Shown here in pieces: positions 46,084-59,854 of a DNA stretch of 64,000 nucleotides (the first letter of the stretch is position 1; each line of letters opens with the position of its first letter). The position numbers and the translations under genes were made by a program. This stretch comes from Lepidodermella squamata. Taxonomy: Eukaryota > Animalia > Gastrotricha. Under the pieces are notes generated by a model. It made no database searches and had not been told where the DNA came from. It saw nothing but the letters and a program-made list of their open reading frames with translations. The stretch lies in assembly GCA_047495785.1 (NCBI GenBank), contig JBLDXI010000012.1:1116001-1180000 (forward strand), in the 5' to 3' direction.

Positions 46084-49000
46084 TCAAAGATCAGTCAAGC
46101 AAACGACGCGGGCCTTGGCAACTGAGCAGCGTCGTAATGCAATAGCCATGTTCCGGATGACTGCACACGACCTGGTCTGGGCGTCGTGTTTCGCCGCGCT
46201 CCGGTCCAACTTCCGCGCCGGGGTCATGTGCGGCGCATCGACCCAGATCGGCTTCTTCTCACTCAAATCGGACAGTTCGCGAAGGAGGGCGGGTGACATA
46301 GTGGCAGCGCTCGGCAAACGGCCTCCTAAGGCCTTGCACCGTTTATGCGCGTCCCAGTAGTGGGTAGCTAACGGCAGCTGGGCGTAGCACGTTTTTCCAA
46401 GGCTTTGAAGCGCCAACCAGCCGGTTTGGCACGATTTATTCGACCGTGACAGCCGCTTACTCGTCTCATGCGTGTCATCGTCGTTATCATCCTCCAACAT
46501 TTTCGACCTCAGATTAAACACCCTGCGATTTTCGGATAGACTCGCTACAGATTCGACAGGTTCGATGAGCCCGGTTGATGGATAGCCTTGATTTGTCGAG
46601 TAATTCGCAACGTTGCAAGGGGCTCGGTTCGCTGGGACCACCTTAATCGCGACTTTTCGAGCCGATCCTAGCAGGGTGTTCACAGGTGACCGGAGCAGCG
46701 CGCGGATAGGCCGCGTGTGGTCAACGGCTAGATGATCGATTTTCACGCTGAACATGATGCGAGTTGTTCCGGGTTCGAATTTCAGTTCCTGTTCGACGGC
46801 CTCCATCTGCTCTTTATCAGTATCGTCGTGATGAGGCTGGCGAAGTCGGACATGCAGCGAGGCGGACGTGTTGACGAAACCTACTCGCCTAACTGCGACC
46901 TGAATGAAGCCGTCCTGTTCGCAGGCTGTCAACTGGTCGTGCTCGAATTCGACGAATGACCACTCGACGTTGAACTGCTGTTGTTCCAACAACGGCCGGC
47001 GGGTCGAGCCGTCTAGTACGGAAAAATCGAAAGAGTCGCTGGTCAGGGTGTTCACAAGTTTCGTCAGCACGTAGACGATTTTTTTAGAGTCAATCTGCTG
47101 CTGTGAAAACGTTCGCAGAGAATCGAGGGAAGAGGTAGTGGCTGAAAGATCCGCGATAATACCGTAAGCCGGGGTCCTAGGAAAGAATAAAAAATTGGTT
47201 AAAAAATTAAAGATTATGAAAAATAGTTAATAATTAGTTAAATTTTGAAGTTTTTAAAATTATTCTAATAATTACTTAGAATAATTCTAATTTAAAACTA
47301 TTATTATTTTAAATTATTCAAATTATTTTAATATTCAAATCCGGAAAAAAAATTTGGGATGGGAAATGAAAAATTAAGCTCAGGAGTAAAGTAATACCTG
47401 GATATTTCGTAAACTGCATCTTCAAGTTTGCGCTGTCCATCGCCGAATTTCGCTAAAGCGGCCAAATGGCTGTTAGTAATGACGAATCCAAACACCCTTT
47501 TCGCCAGCCTTTCGATCACCCCAGGCCGTTTAGCAACTTCATACGTGATTTCGGGCGCTTTTTCCTCAGGCTTTACTGCTGTGAAATTCACTCGTAAGAA
47601 TCCGATTGTCGAGCCAGATGGTAAGTAACGAATGGCCATTGTTGTCATTTTGGAGCAATCCGTCAGGGGCGAGAAAGCTAGACCGGCCAAAACTCGAACT
47701 TTCCCGAGTTTAACGTCATCCCACGAGAAACTAGAGTCGGAAAACGAGAAACACTCTTGGCCGGTCGAGTTGATTGGAATGAAAGCTAAACTAGCACTTT
47801 CAAATTGATCAAGCTCAGTCGCATTGAAGCTTTCAAGCGACTTATCAATGTTACTCGAATCGAGAGAAATCGATAAATCGACCGATCCTTCCCTCAAAAA
47901 TTTGATGGACAACTCAATGTTAGGTATTGAGTACTTCCTTTCGCCCGAGGTGACGGAAAACCTTAGTTTATCAATGACAACAACGGAGTCATCGTTTTCA
48001 GGTATGGCGAGCTCAACACGGCCTGAATCGATATCGGCCTGAGTGAAGTCGTCATTGATTGAAAACTTCTTCGGCATCTCGAGAAGGTTGAAAATGATCT
48101 CGCTTGGAGGCGTGTCGGCATCTTCAACTTTCAGCTCATTTGACGTTAGCTTAACTGTCCTCTCATTCGATTTGAGCAGAAAGAAAATCTCGCCATCTGT
48201 GCCCTTCTTAATAACACGCGGCTGTTCGTCATCAATTGGCGTGATTTTCAGTTTGATTTCAGTCGATTTCGAGAAAAACCGGCCGTCGTAAGCAATGATT
48301 TGAAACGAATCCTCCGTAACTTCAGATCCATCGTTTTTGTACGCTAACATCGGATGTTTCCCAGCCAGTTGATAGTTCACAGTCAAATTATTCGCATTGC
48401 CAAGCTGGACCAAGGTTCCATCGTCGAGTTGGAGCAAAATTGTCCCAAATCGGGGGTACCGCTCGAAAATCAGCGACACATTCTGAGCTGGTTTGTCGAG
48501 ATCTCGCAGGGTGAACAGTTCCGAGAATTCGATTTCACCGCCCTCTTTCACACTAGCCATAGGTTGAATTAGCTCAATTTCCGGGGCTTCATCAGTCTCG
48601 GGTAAAATTTCGATTGTCATAGTTTGATTTTGAGATTTGTGCAAGCCATCGGAAGCTCGGAGATCGAACGAATCCGTTGTAGCTTCTGAACCGGTATTTT
48701 TCGTGTGATAATAATTTAAATAGATTGAACCTTCTTTGAACTGCGTAACATTGATCGATTGCCCAGTTTTAATACAGGTTTTGTTCGACGAAATTTGACC
48801 CAAGGTTTCCAGGGTTAAACAGCCTAGTTTAGGTAGGGCTGTGATTTCAATCTCAAGCTTTTCACTAGGCGAGTCTAGATCTTCGACGACGAGCATTGAT
48901 GATTCAATTTTCGCTGATTGGCCTTCGACAAGTTGCGGCAGGCCGATGATTTCGAATTTCGGCGGCCTGTTATCAGTCGGTTGAATTTTGACGGAAATTG

Positions 49001-52000
49001 TGCGGAGGAGAATTTGATGGCTGTCAACTGTCGAGTCGCCAGATGCAGTTATTCCGAGAATTGTAAGGGAATCTTCAAAAATTTCCGACCCGCTCTCGTA
49101 TTGAGGCGGGTGAGAGTAGAACAACTGGCCAGTCGCCAAATCTCGGCTGTAAAACTTGCGAACTTCTCGGTTATTCAGCATAATTTTCCCATGGAAAGGC
49201 GGCCGGACAACCAGAAATTTCATAGTCGAATTAGCCAGGCGATTCGCGATGAATTCAGCCGCTTTCGCAGCGAGAAGTGAGATTTTCTGATTTTCCGCAA
49301 CCTCGACATTCGCGACGAAAATCTCGTCCAAAATATCAGGCTGCTGAATTGAGATGGTAACCGTTCCGCTCGAGTGGTATTGCCCGTCGAAAGCCATTAG
49401 GCGAAACGTATCAGCTCGATCAGGCGAGTTAGAATGATGCTGATACTGAACATTTCCAAGTTGCTCGTAAGCGATTTTGTCGCCGAGGGAGAGGCGCTCA
49501 GTGCCATTGATGACCAAATCTCCATGGCGCGGTGTTTGCTCGATCGCTATGCTGATTTTTTCGATGGGAGAATCGGCATCGTCGACGCGGAGAGCTGGTA
49601 AAAGGCCAACTGATTCGCCGGCTCGAACACTGAGCGTTGCTTCGTGAACCCGAGGAGGTCGATTATTGATCGGTAGAATGTTAATTTTGAACACCTTGTA
49701 AAATAAAAATTATTTTATTTACTCAAAAATATTTTGAAAAAATTACACCTCAATCAATTTGATGAAAAAATAAATAATTTTTTCTTTTTTAGGTTTTCAA
49801 AATTTTATGATTTTCCATTATTTAACTAATTTTTCAAGTCAAGAAATAAATTTTAAAATTAAAAAAATTCGCATTCCTTTTCATATTTTCCCGTTGTTTT
49901 ATTTTTCAATTTTTAATTACAAAATAAATAATTTTTTCTAATTCAATTTTCGATTCAATTTATGGGATTAAGTATTTTATTCAAATTTACCTGTGATTTC
50001 GCGACTCCCTCCGGTCCTTTCACGTCGAACACGAACTGCGCAACTCGAGCACGTGACCCAATATCGCTATTCGGCGCAAAATACGCAACTCGTCCGTCTT
50101 TCACATCAGATTGAGTGAAGGACACGATATTTTCACTAGATCGCCTAGCCGGGACGTTGTTGCCCGCGGAGAAAATGACCAATTTACCAGCATCGCCAAT
50201 GGGCGATTTCGTACCGTCGGTTTCCAAAAAGTACGGCGGTCTCACGACGACATATTCAATCTCGCGATCACTCGCCGCCTGGTACTTGTACATCAAATGT
50301 TTCTCGTTCAAAATCAGAAAATCCGACTCGTTCAACGTCGCAACGTTCGAGTTTGACAAAACCGCCGACGATTTTTCGGGCGAGTACGGTTTGACCTGGA
50401 TTGGGACGGTGAAAATTTCGCCGAAATTCAACTCATCATCTTCAAGTCGCAGTCGAATTTCATCACTAGCCGTATTAGCGCCGTGGTGTTGGTACCGAAT
50501 AAGACCAGCATCGACGTCCCATTGCGTGAAAGTTGTGACTAGAGACGCATTCAGCGCGGATTCTACGTTACCGAAACGAGGCGGCTTCATCAGGCGATAA
50601 GTCACACATTTTCGGCACCGATTTTCAGTCGTATTTTCCGACGATTCCGCCAGTAAATGATGCCGGTCGAAAATGAATTGAAGCGCCTGGCGTACGACGA
50701 ACGGCTTCGCGTTAATCAGCCGAGGCGGCTCGACAGCTTTCGGCACAATGTAAACGGGAAGGCCTAGTCGCAATTCGACGAAATCGTCCTGGATGTGGAC
50801 AACAATGAAATCTGACGTGCAGTTGTTGCTATTCGGTAGGGTTTGATTGTAAATAACGGCGTTGTTAGATAAATCACCCAGGGTGAAGGACGACGCCTCC
50901 CGGTAGCCTGGTGAGTTCCGTTTTCGCAACAAAATTTTACCGCATTTCGGTTTTTCGAAGTAAACTCGTTGAATTTGCGGCTTTTTGAATGACGTCTCCT
51001 TACTAGGGCTGATCACCTCGATTTCCCGGGTTGTTATCGGCTGAGGCCGGCCGCGAAGGGCGTAGAGAGCCTCTCGGACTCGGGCGCGTGGGAATGAATT
51101 CGAGGAATAGGCGAGGGAAATTTGAACGGTTACTGCCTCTGATCGAGAGAAAAGTTCGTCGAATGCCTCGAAACGCGCCTCGCCTACACCCATGGCCGGT
51201 GGGACATCGGAGCCGGCGCGCGGGGCTGGCTGGAATGCGATCAATTTCGAGTTCACATCGCCGACTGTGAATGACGAAATGCGTTCTGTCGGCCGGAGTA
51301 GATTAACGAAAAATCCTAGCGAGGAGGATGGCTGATGAGAAATATTGACGACTAAGCGAGATGAGTCATTGATGTCCCAATCCACGAAGCTCAGCACTTC
51401 CGATGTGAAAAGAGCTGAAAAAATTGAGAAAAATCATGTTTAAATTTGTTAAATAATAAATAATAAATAATAAATATAATATAATAAATAATAAATAATA
51501 ATATTAATACAAAAATTATAAAAAATTCCTCCTTAATAAAATTAAATTAAATAAAATTAATTAATAAATTAAATAAAATTAATTAATAAATTAATTAATA
51601 AAATTATTAATAAAATTATTAATTAAGTTAATAAAATTAATAAAATTGAGAAAAATTATTTTAAAAAATTATTAACAAATCCTCCTTAATATTTTGAATA
51701 AAACTCACTGAGATACGGCGATTTCAGCACTAGTTTTAAGGCGCTCGATGCCGCAACTTGAGGCGCGTAATTTTCCAAGGCTCCCATAATTCGAACGGGA
51801 ACGTAAACATTCTCCTCCTCAACCAATCGACCCGTTGAGCCACTATCTGTCACTCGAGCTGTTAGTGGGATGTAGTCGATTGACGGGCTGAATGGCTTCA
51901 AATGGCGGTAACGCATGCCGGAGAACGCGAATTCCCAACAATCGACCGAAAAATGATCGAGCGGCTTACCGAGTTTGTCGACCAGCTGGCCCTTAGCCGG

Positions 52001-52615
52001 GAACGGGGTTGAAGTTGCGTTGTAGGACAGCGTGCATGTCACGTTATCGCCAATGTCGTAGCTAAAGGCCATTCGAAGCTTATCGAAATCTTCGGAAAGG
52101 CCGCTTAGCACGCATTCGACTCCGCCCTTTGGCGTGCCGAAAACAACCAGCTTATCACTGGGGCGTGACGTGATTTCCACGCCGAGTGTTATGTCTCGAA
52201 TTAACGGCGATGAAGTAAAATTTCCGAATGCGAAAATTCTCAGAGAAATCGAGTCATTCGCGAGTAGCGGCGAGCCGTTGTGTGAGTAGGTTATTAAATC
52301 GCCATTTTCTGCGAAATTGCATGAAAAAACGCTGGGCGCCATGTGGCCGACACGCTCAGTGAACGCGCCGCCTCGTTGCACGACAATTTTACATGTCGAA
52401 TATTCGGCGGTGTGATTGGCCGGTTTTTGATGGCTCAGCGTTGCGACGATTCTAACTCGAAGGTGGTCGGCGGTTAGCGCTACCGTTCGACCGCTGGCGA
52501 CTCGAAGCGGCTTCGCAATTTGAATGACAAGCCGGTAATTATCAGCATCGACGGCGGTTGCGATAGAAAGTCGCAGGAAGTTAACGGCGAAAATTAACGG
52601 AAACAGCCGTATCAT
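46084..52615 (-). CDS. FRAS1-related extracellular matrix protein (FREM1-like): NV domain, CSPG/cadherin-like repeats, Calx-beta and C-type lectin
   Basis: Signal peptide, ITYSHNGSPL, FSPSIDYIP, repeated FTQ.DV..G.I.Y.H and VEDLDSP, Calx-beta (IQVAVRRVG..LKFEPG..ALLRSPVNTLLG) and a C-terminal CTLD (CQTGW..CY..WDAHKRCKALGGRL). Exons are about 52615-51720, 51415-49991, 49694-47397 and 47177-46084. Confidence 0.85.
51440..51680. repeat. Almost pure A/T low-complexity tract in a FREM1-like intron
   Basis: Iterated aataaata and aattaata units. Confidence 0.85.
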
Positions 52616-55600
52616 TTCGTATCATTAATCAACATTGCCGTTTCAATGAATGACGACAAATAAAAGTTAAATTAATCATCCTATAGAGAATTAAAATCAT
52701 GTTGAGAGGTTAATGAGCCGAAAATTTCGAATCTTGACAAGAGTATTAAGGGGGATTTTCGAAGCTACTCGGGCGCGTCTGAAGACGCGAATAGTTTCCG
52801 CCTCAACGAGGCCAGGTACAAATTATTTACGGCTTCGAACAGATGGCTAAGCATGTGCGCCGCGCCCGGGTTAACAAGAAGAGGCCGAGAGATTAAGCGA
52901 ACGCGTGCGCAGTGCGCAAGATGGGCGCGCAATATATAAAAACGCGCTTTTTAATATTATATATGCGTGTGCGCACTCGGATTTGCTACATCAGGTGCGC
53001 GCAACGGAATTAACTATTTGTTTCGTGTCTTAATGAAGAGCAGGCTAAATAATAATAATAATGTAGCAAATTATTAGCATTTTATAGCAATAATTATTTT
53101 TGGCGCGGCTAATCATGAACTTCCGAGTGCCTCAACTTGCTTATGATTTCTATCAAGGCAAAAACAAACTAAGCACACGCCACACGAGAATCTTCACGTG
53201 AAGAGCTGCTGCTGTTTGCCGGCCGGTAGGTAAGGTTGTAGTGGCCAAAAATGCCGGGCGATTAATAGCCGCGGGTATAATAGAAGTTAGCTGTGAGAAT
53301 GCGAAAATAATAGAGCGCACACGCCACTTAGCTGTCAGGGCGCGTTTATTAATATTAGTTGCACATTTTTCATAATTGGTTCGAGGGTGTATATTAATAG
53401 CAAATTTACCTTTCACGAGAAGAACTACAATACGAAGATAGGTATGTAAAATATCCTGGTATTAAGTCGGCCACTCGACTTGCCAAGTATGGGAAACGGC
53501 GGCCATTTCGTCCTCATTTCACGTACTAAGGGCATAGGTAATAAGGGGATAGGAAAAGATAGCCGCCTCAAAGCGCAGGCGTGCGCGTACGCTTTGTTCA
53601 GCAGTGACTAAAAATAAACATAAATAATATACGTAGGTGCATTTGTCAGTTGCGCGCGCGCTCTCTGGAACCCGTGCGCGCAAGACGGGCGCAACATTGC
53701 CGTGTTGTTTTGTGTTGTTTATAATAAACAGCGAAAATGACATAGCGCGACACGCGTTGGCTATCGAAAAGTGTCGAGCGTTTGCAAATCGTTAATATAG
53801 CTTGAAAATATGAAATACTTACTGTTATCGTGATGCACTGCGCGCTGAGTTATTAACAGCCGAATGTCTGATAAGCGTCTAGCCGCCGCGAAGTTGATCA
53901 AATAATATAAGTATAGAACGAGATGTTGCCAGCAAGCGGCTTCTTCCCAGGCCCGTGGAGCAAATAATAGTAATACTGATATTAAAAGGTACACCCACCG
54001 TCGTCTACCTGTGTAATGACATGTTGTTGACGCCGGGCGTTATTACAGAGAGCTTGTTCACCGCGCTTCTTACACGCCTAATAACAGCTATCACGTGTCA
54101 AAAGCCAGCAAGGTGGTAGTTTGGCGATGCACGATGAAAACAACGCGCGCCAGCAACAATGCAAATTCATCAGCAATCATCGGACGCGCCTACAAATAAT
54201 AAAAGAGCATCATCCCTATCTAGGTAGCTTTCTGCCTATCAATGTGATACTTGCTTTTTAATTACTGTTATTTTTTAACCATCGTCAAAATAATGAAGCA
54301 ACTTTTACAAAAATACGACGTCAACGGTTGTCCACCTTAAATTTTGAATGGGGACAATTTTAATTAATTTTTCAGAATTAATGCGCCGAGCTCATGTTGA
54401 TTTTTAATTGAGAGTATTCCAAGTAACAAACAAATAATATAAACAAAAATAGGATTCGTCCATTCTATCCAAATTGAACCGAAGCCGGAGAAGAAAATTT
54501 AAGAATCATAAAAAAAAGGAAAAAAAATCGAACGCCCTATACAATTTGATTACTTATAAGAAAATTTGACCTCAAAGATAGAAGAAGACCGCAAAATTAG
54601 AAGAAATGCAAGCTGCGGTTTCCGGCTATTATCGAGAATAAGATTTAAGCAAAAAAATGATCAATAATTTGGATGGAGCACAAAAAATGTGTTCCATGTA
54701 ATGCTGCCATACGGGGCTGATGGTAACTAAAATGTCCTATCCCCGAGCTCTCAAAGTCACGAGAGTAAAAGCGTTCTAGCTTCCTTCAACGGCAGATGCG
54801 GTTGATGATGATGCTGATGATGACGATTAAGATACTAACCGCGCGAGAAAATGATGCGAGCGCGCTACACAGAAATTGCGCGCGCTTCGAGCGAGCGCGC
54901 AAAAAGACGCATTCATTCACGAGCGCGTCACTATTTTGTTCAGGGGCAGGTGCTAGGTAGGTAAACACGTTAGCATCACATTTTTAATAGGCTTTCTCTG
55001 CGAAACGCTAACGAATTTTTCACGGAACAGCTTTTCCAACTGATAAAATGTGCGATAAGTTTCGCACAAAAGCGCTAAACAAACTCAAGTCAGCGTTAGC
55101 TCAACAGTATTATTTTGGCCTAGATATAATAATTTGCAAAAAAATAGACTTAATTGTTGACCGAAATTTCCAAATTGTGCAAAATTCTAAAACTCATCGG
55201 CGAATAAATTTGTAGGGTGTGTGTTAAAGCCCGAAAACCCGCAGGCTCCGGACACGACTCGCATAAACAATAATAATAAAATTCGACTATAAAAAGCTGC
55301 GAAAGAGCCTTCAGGAAAGACGCGCCGTTTTATGATGCGCTAACGGCTAAATTTTTTTTACGTTTCCTATATATAGAGATATATAAATAAATTATCATTT
55401 CCATTTATATTATATAAAACGCATTTTACAGAACGGCTCATCAGGGTGACTAAATTAATGTATTACAAAGGAGAGTGCATAACAATTTCAAGTGCTGCAT
55501 ATAATGTTCAGCGGTATGGAACCGAAAAATGCGCATATTTTCAGAAAAATCATCATACATATTGTTTTCATCGTAGCAACGTTTGCTTAGGTACTTTGAA

Positions 55601-57496
55601 AGGTATTATAGTGTAACCCATAAACAGGTCGTGGAAAAACGACATCGCAAGGCGGGGCAAATATATTATTTTATGGCTACGGCTATGGCCATCTGAGAAA
55701 ATGATAATGAGCGAAGGCTGGGATGAAAAGGTAGATACATTGCGGGTTCCAGGTATCCATCCACCAGGCAGGTAAACACCCTCGAGGAGCGAGCGAGACG
55801 GGGCAATTTGTGCGCAAAACATCTACAACACATTGTCGCAAAAATAAAGAGGCGTGTTGTTTTTGTGGACACCGGCGGCGGGCGCGTCGAGGTGAATACA
55901 TTAAATAACCAACAACAGCAGTTCCCTACCTGATTTCGGCTGATGAAGGCACCACCACTACTACGACTACTACGGCTACGCAGTAAGTAATTGACGGCGG
56001 TGAAGAAGAGACTGTGTCGCTGTGGTCGGTCATCGCATGATGATCTCTTCCGCCCAGCCGCATGGGTAAACAGGAAAATTATTCGCGGCCCCGCAGCACC
56101 GGAAGCGCGCACGCTACGATGCGACATGAGCGCCAAAGCGATTTATGATGACAAATAAATGCTGTCATAAAAATACTATTACTCCCACAAATATAATAAC
56201 AATCCGGTAATAGCTTTATTCAGCTAAAAATTGAATAAATATAGAATAAAATGCGATATAATTCTATTAATAATACAAATTTTTCTTCTGCCTCAATTTT
56301 TCGCGATGAATATAAATAAACAATCGTGTGTGATTAGCGTTGGTTTGGGAATTTGTTATTACTATTGTTAATAGCACGGTTGAGTTGGCATGATGACTCG
56401 ACTAAGCAAATACTACTTATAACGCTGAGAGTTCATCTCGGTCACCTCCAATATAAGGTGTCACAAAAGCCGAAGATTTTTACTACCGGGTGAGAAAGAA
56501 GCGCGCGAAAATTGCTAGGGTAATAATTAATAGGTAATGAATAATAACGACCTGTGTACGTATAACGATTTAAAACGAGAGACTCGGTTGAATTTTATTT
56601 GAACGCACCGCCGCCGCCGGCGGTGAGCAGTCAGGCAAAGTGAGGTCGCGAACCCGCGCCTGTCTGAGATTAACTGCGCGATAGATACTCACGCAGCGAC
56701 AAGAACAGCGAGAATTATTCAAGTCACTTGAATGAATGGGTAGTAGTGAGTAGTTGCTATACAACAGGAAAGAAGGACCTGGCGGGTATATCTTGGCTTC
56801 TGAACAAATTTTCTGATGGTTATCGCATTGTTGCTGCTGGTTAACACGCAACTTTGACGCTTCCGTGCGTGACGTAGGTGCGCGCTAATTAATTAGCTGC
56901 ACACGTATACGCATACGCACACTCGCAGCGTGAGTTATTTTGATAAATTTTTACGGAAAAGCCCTGTTATGACACCGGTGACATGCTTGTTAGTTCCACC
57001 ACCACAGGAGCGGCTGTAAGTGTCGAATTATAATTGGCAATAATGTTGCCGGGAGGAGTTGTTACAAGCGGTGTGTAAATCTGGGTCTCATGAACGTGAC
57101 AAACGGCCCCGCGCTGTCGCTGGTGATCGACGATATAAATATTAATTGGCACATGAAATGGTGCACTGCAGGTTACACAACTTTTGCCTCCGCGGAATGA
57201 TTGACAGTGCGATTACCTGAAAGACTTGGATAACTGTATTCGTTGTCTAATCGCAGAAAATATGAAAAAAAATGGAAAACGTAGAACGGTCAAATTGTTT
57301 TGGTCTTCTGTCGCAAGGAATTTTAAATGAGTTTTTTACGACATTTAAATTGATTTAAAATAGCCGTTATTTGTAGCATTAATCAGCGCTTTATTTCCAG
57401 CAATAAAATCACAATATTTTAATGTTCTTGAAATTCGCGTTATTTCGATAATTAATGCTCATTCTCCTGTCCGGCTATGACGGTATCGACTTTCAT

Positions 57497-58820
57497 TTAG
57501 GCAGTCTTGACGGTGACGGGCTTGACATCGTAGGAACGGCGGTTGATGGCGTTGATGCCACCGAAGGCCTGGACGGCGGCGTTGAAGCCTCCGAAGGCGG
57601 GCAGCTTGTTGTACAGCTCGGACATGGTCGGGCACTTGGCGATCTCCTCGGTGGTCATCTTCGGCAGCTGGCACTCGACGACGAGGTGGCCCTCCTGGGT
57701 CAGGCACGACTTGAGCTCAACCTTGGTCAGGTCGATCTTGGCGAGGGTCTATCAAGAAAACGGATCATTAAAGTTATGAGATTAAGTGAAAAGTGTTTTC
57801 TCTTACCTCGGGCAGGACGAACTTGCGCGAGTACTTGCGGGCGACGGTGTGCTCCTTGCCGTCCTTGGCCTCGTGGGCAGCCTCGACGACGACGGCGCGC
57901 TCGGCCTTGTTCAGGGTGACGGTGACTTCCTCAGGCTTGAAGCCCTTGAGCTCGAAGCACAGGTACAGCTGGCGGTTGCCCTCGACGTCGATCATGCGGA
58001 TCGGGTGGGTCAGGGTGTAGAGCTCGACCTCGGAGGACGGGCGGAAGGCGATGTTGTACAGCTTGTTGTCAGCCGACAGGTTGTTCGACCAGGCGTTGGC
58101 GCCGAAGGGACCGAAGGTGGTCGGGTAGTTGATGCCACCGAAGCGCTCGAACGAGCCGGTCCAGTTGTTGGCGAGGCGGGCGGCGTTCCAGGTGTTGGAG
58201 GCACCACCGAAGCGCGACTCGGCGACGCGGGCGGCGATGACGTAGCACTGCTTGGCGCAGACGTCGGCGAAGAGCTCGGCGCCGATGCGGGCGGCGAACT
58301 CGGCGGTGTAGATGGCACCCAGGCGCTGGGCGATGATGGCACCCAGTTCGGCGCCGTGCTCGGCTCCGAAGGTGTAGCACCAGCGGGCGCACTGCTCGAC
58401 CGGCCAGCCGTTGACGAGCTTGACGGCGAGCTCGGCACCCAGCTTGGCGCACATCTCGGCTCCCCACTGGGCGCCGATGCGGACGGCCACCTCCTGGCCG
58501 ACGAAGGTGTTGAGGCGGGCGGCGACGATGGCGGCCAGCTGGGCACCGCACTCGGCACCGAAGACGCGGCCGGTCTCGGCTCCGCACTCGATCGGCGAGG
58601 CGAAGGTGTTGTAGGCGACCGGGGACGAGACGAAGGTGTTGTTGATGCCAGCAGCAGCGGCGAACGGGGTCGGGACGGCGGCGTTGATGAGGCTGCGCTC
58701 AACAGAAGACGGCGAGTAGATGTCGACCTTGTTGCGGAGCAGGCTCTCGACGTTCATCGGGCTGGTGTAACCAGCAGCAGCGGCGAAGGTTGAGGGGATC
58801 GAGGTGTATGAGCAGGCCAT
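57497..58820 (-). CDS. Giant sHSP subtype B (421 aa; exons 58820-57807 and 57748-57497)
   Basis: Starts MACSYTS, then a Cys/Glu-containing GAxx repeat domain and the same alpha-crystallin domain and intron position, ending DVKPVTVKTA. Confidence 0.92.
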
Positions 58821-59854
58821 TTTTTAGTTAGAGGAGGATCAAAACACGAACGAAAATGAAAGCGAGAAGAAAGCTATGAGCTTGAATAAGCAAGAGAGCA
58901 ATTGATGATTTTCAACGGCGTTTTCAGCGGCTTTTTAAACGGTTTCAAGTGATTTTTAGCACGCGATTTATCTGCAGGTCACAATAGAACCGTTGGCACG
59001 AGCGCGTCCACAATATGCCACGAGGCGGACTTATGTCTGTTTTTTAATGGAGCTGTTTGTTCTGATATTTCAAACAAAAATAAATGACTATTTAGTGAAT
59101 TGAAATTTTCTGAGAAACCTAGCAACGTTATTGCTGACGCCTGTTTAAGGTTCATCACCAGATCAGATTGATCAGAAATTTATTCGTCGTTCAGACATAT
59201 TTTAGACAGAAAATCAGATTTTTCGGCTACTTGAAGGTTGACAGGACGCGAAAATCAGCGAAGGCTAGACAGATCATCGACCAGATCAGGAATTCCGGTT
59301 TTGATTCAGCAAAAGTTGAAAGCGCCGCAGAGATTAACTGCAAATCTTCGATTTCCCGATTTTTCATTTTATTTCCATTCGTCATGATTTACTATATCAC
59401 CTTATCGCCATTTGCTCAGAATTCTCAGAAAAAAAATTGGCTAATTTTTCAAGACTTGAAGAAATCCAGAGGGGATTTTTTTATTCGCAGCACTTCGAAC
59501 AGGATATACTGTATTTTGTGTATTATCGTTCGAAAATAGCACTCTCTACAAAAAATACAATAACTTTCTACGCGTTCGTAAATTCGCTATATTTTATACA
59601 AGTATTAAGTGTATTTTTCCAGCACTTGATTTTTGAATCTGTACAAAATACGGAAATTGTAAACCATTCGCAAATATGATTTCGTTTATTAGGCGAAATC
59701 GGTGTGGAGGGTTCGACTCCTCGAGGGGTCATGCGAACTAAATGGCCGTGATTTAGTGGTAAATGGTGCTTTGATCATGCAAAGCCGGAACCTAACGGTC
59801 GCGTAACTGTGAAGTTAAAAATAATCACGAATCGTAAACGCAGCTGGTGATCAG

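Noticed and set aside
57208-57256. miR-71-like TGAAAGACTTGGATA within a small hairpin
   Set aside because: The seed would lie in a 7-nt bulge and the 3' half does not match, so it is not pre-miRNA geometry.
59705-59731. B-box-like GGTTCGACTCC suggesting a tRNA or SINE
   Set aside because: There is no A-box, anticodon arm or acceptor-stem partner upstream.
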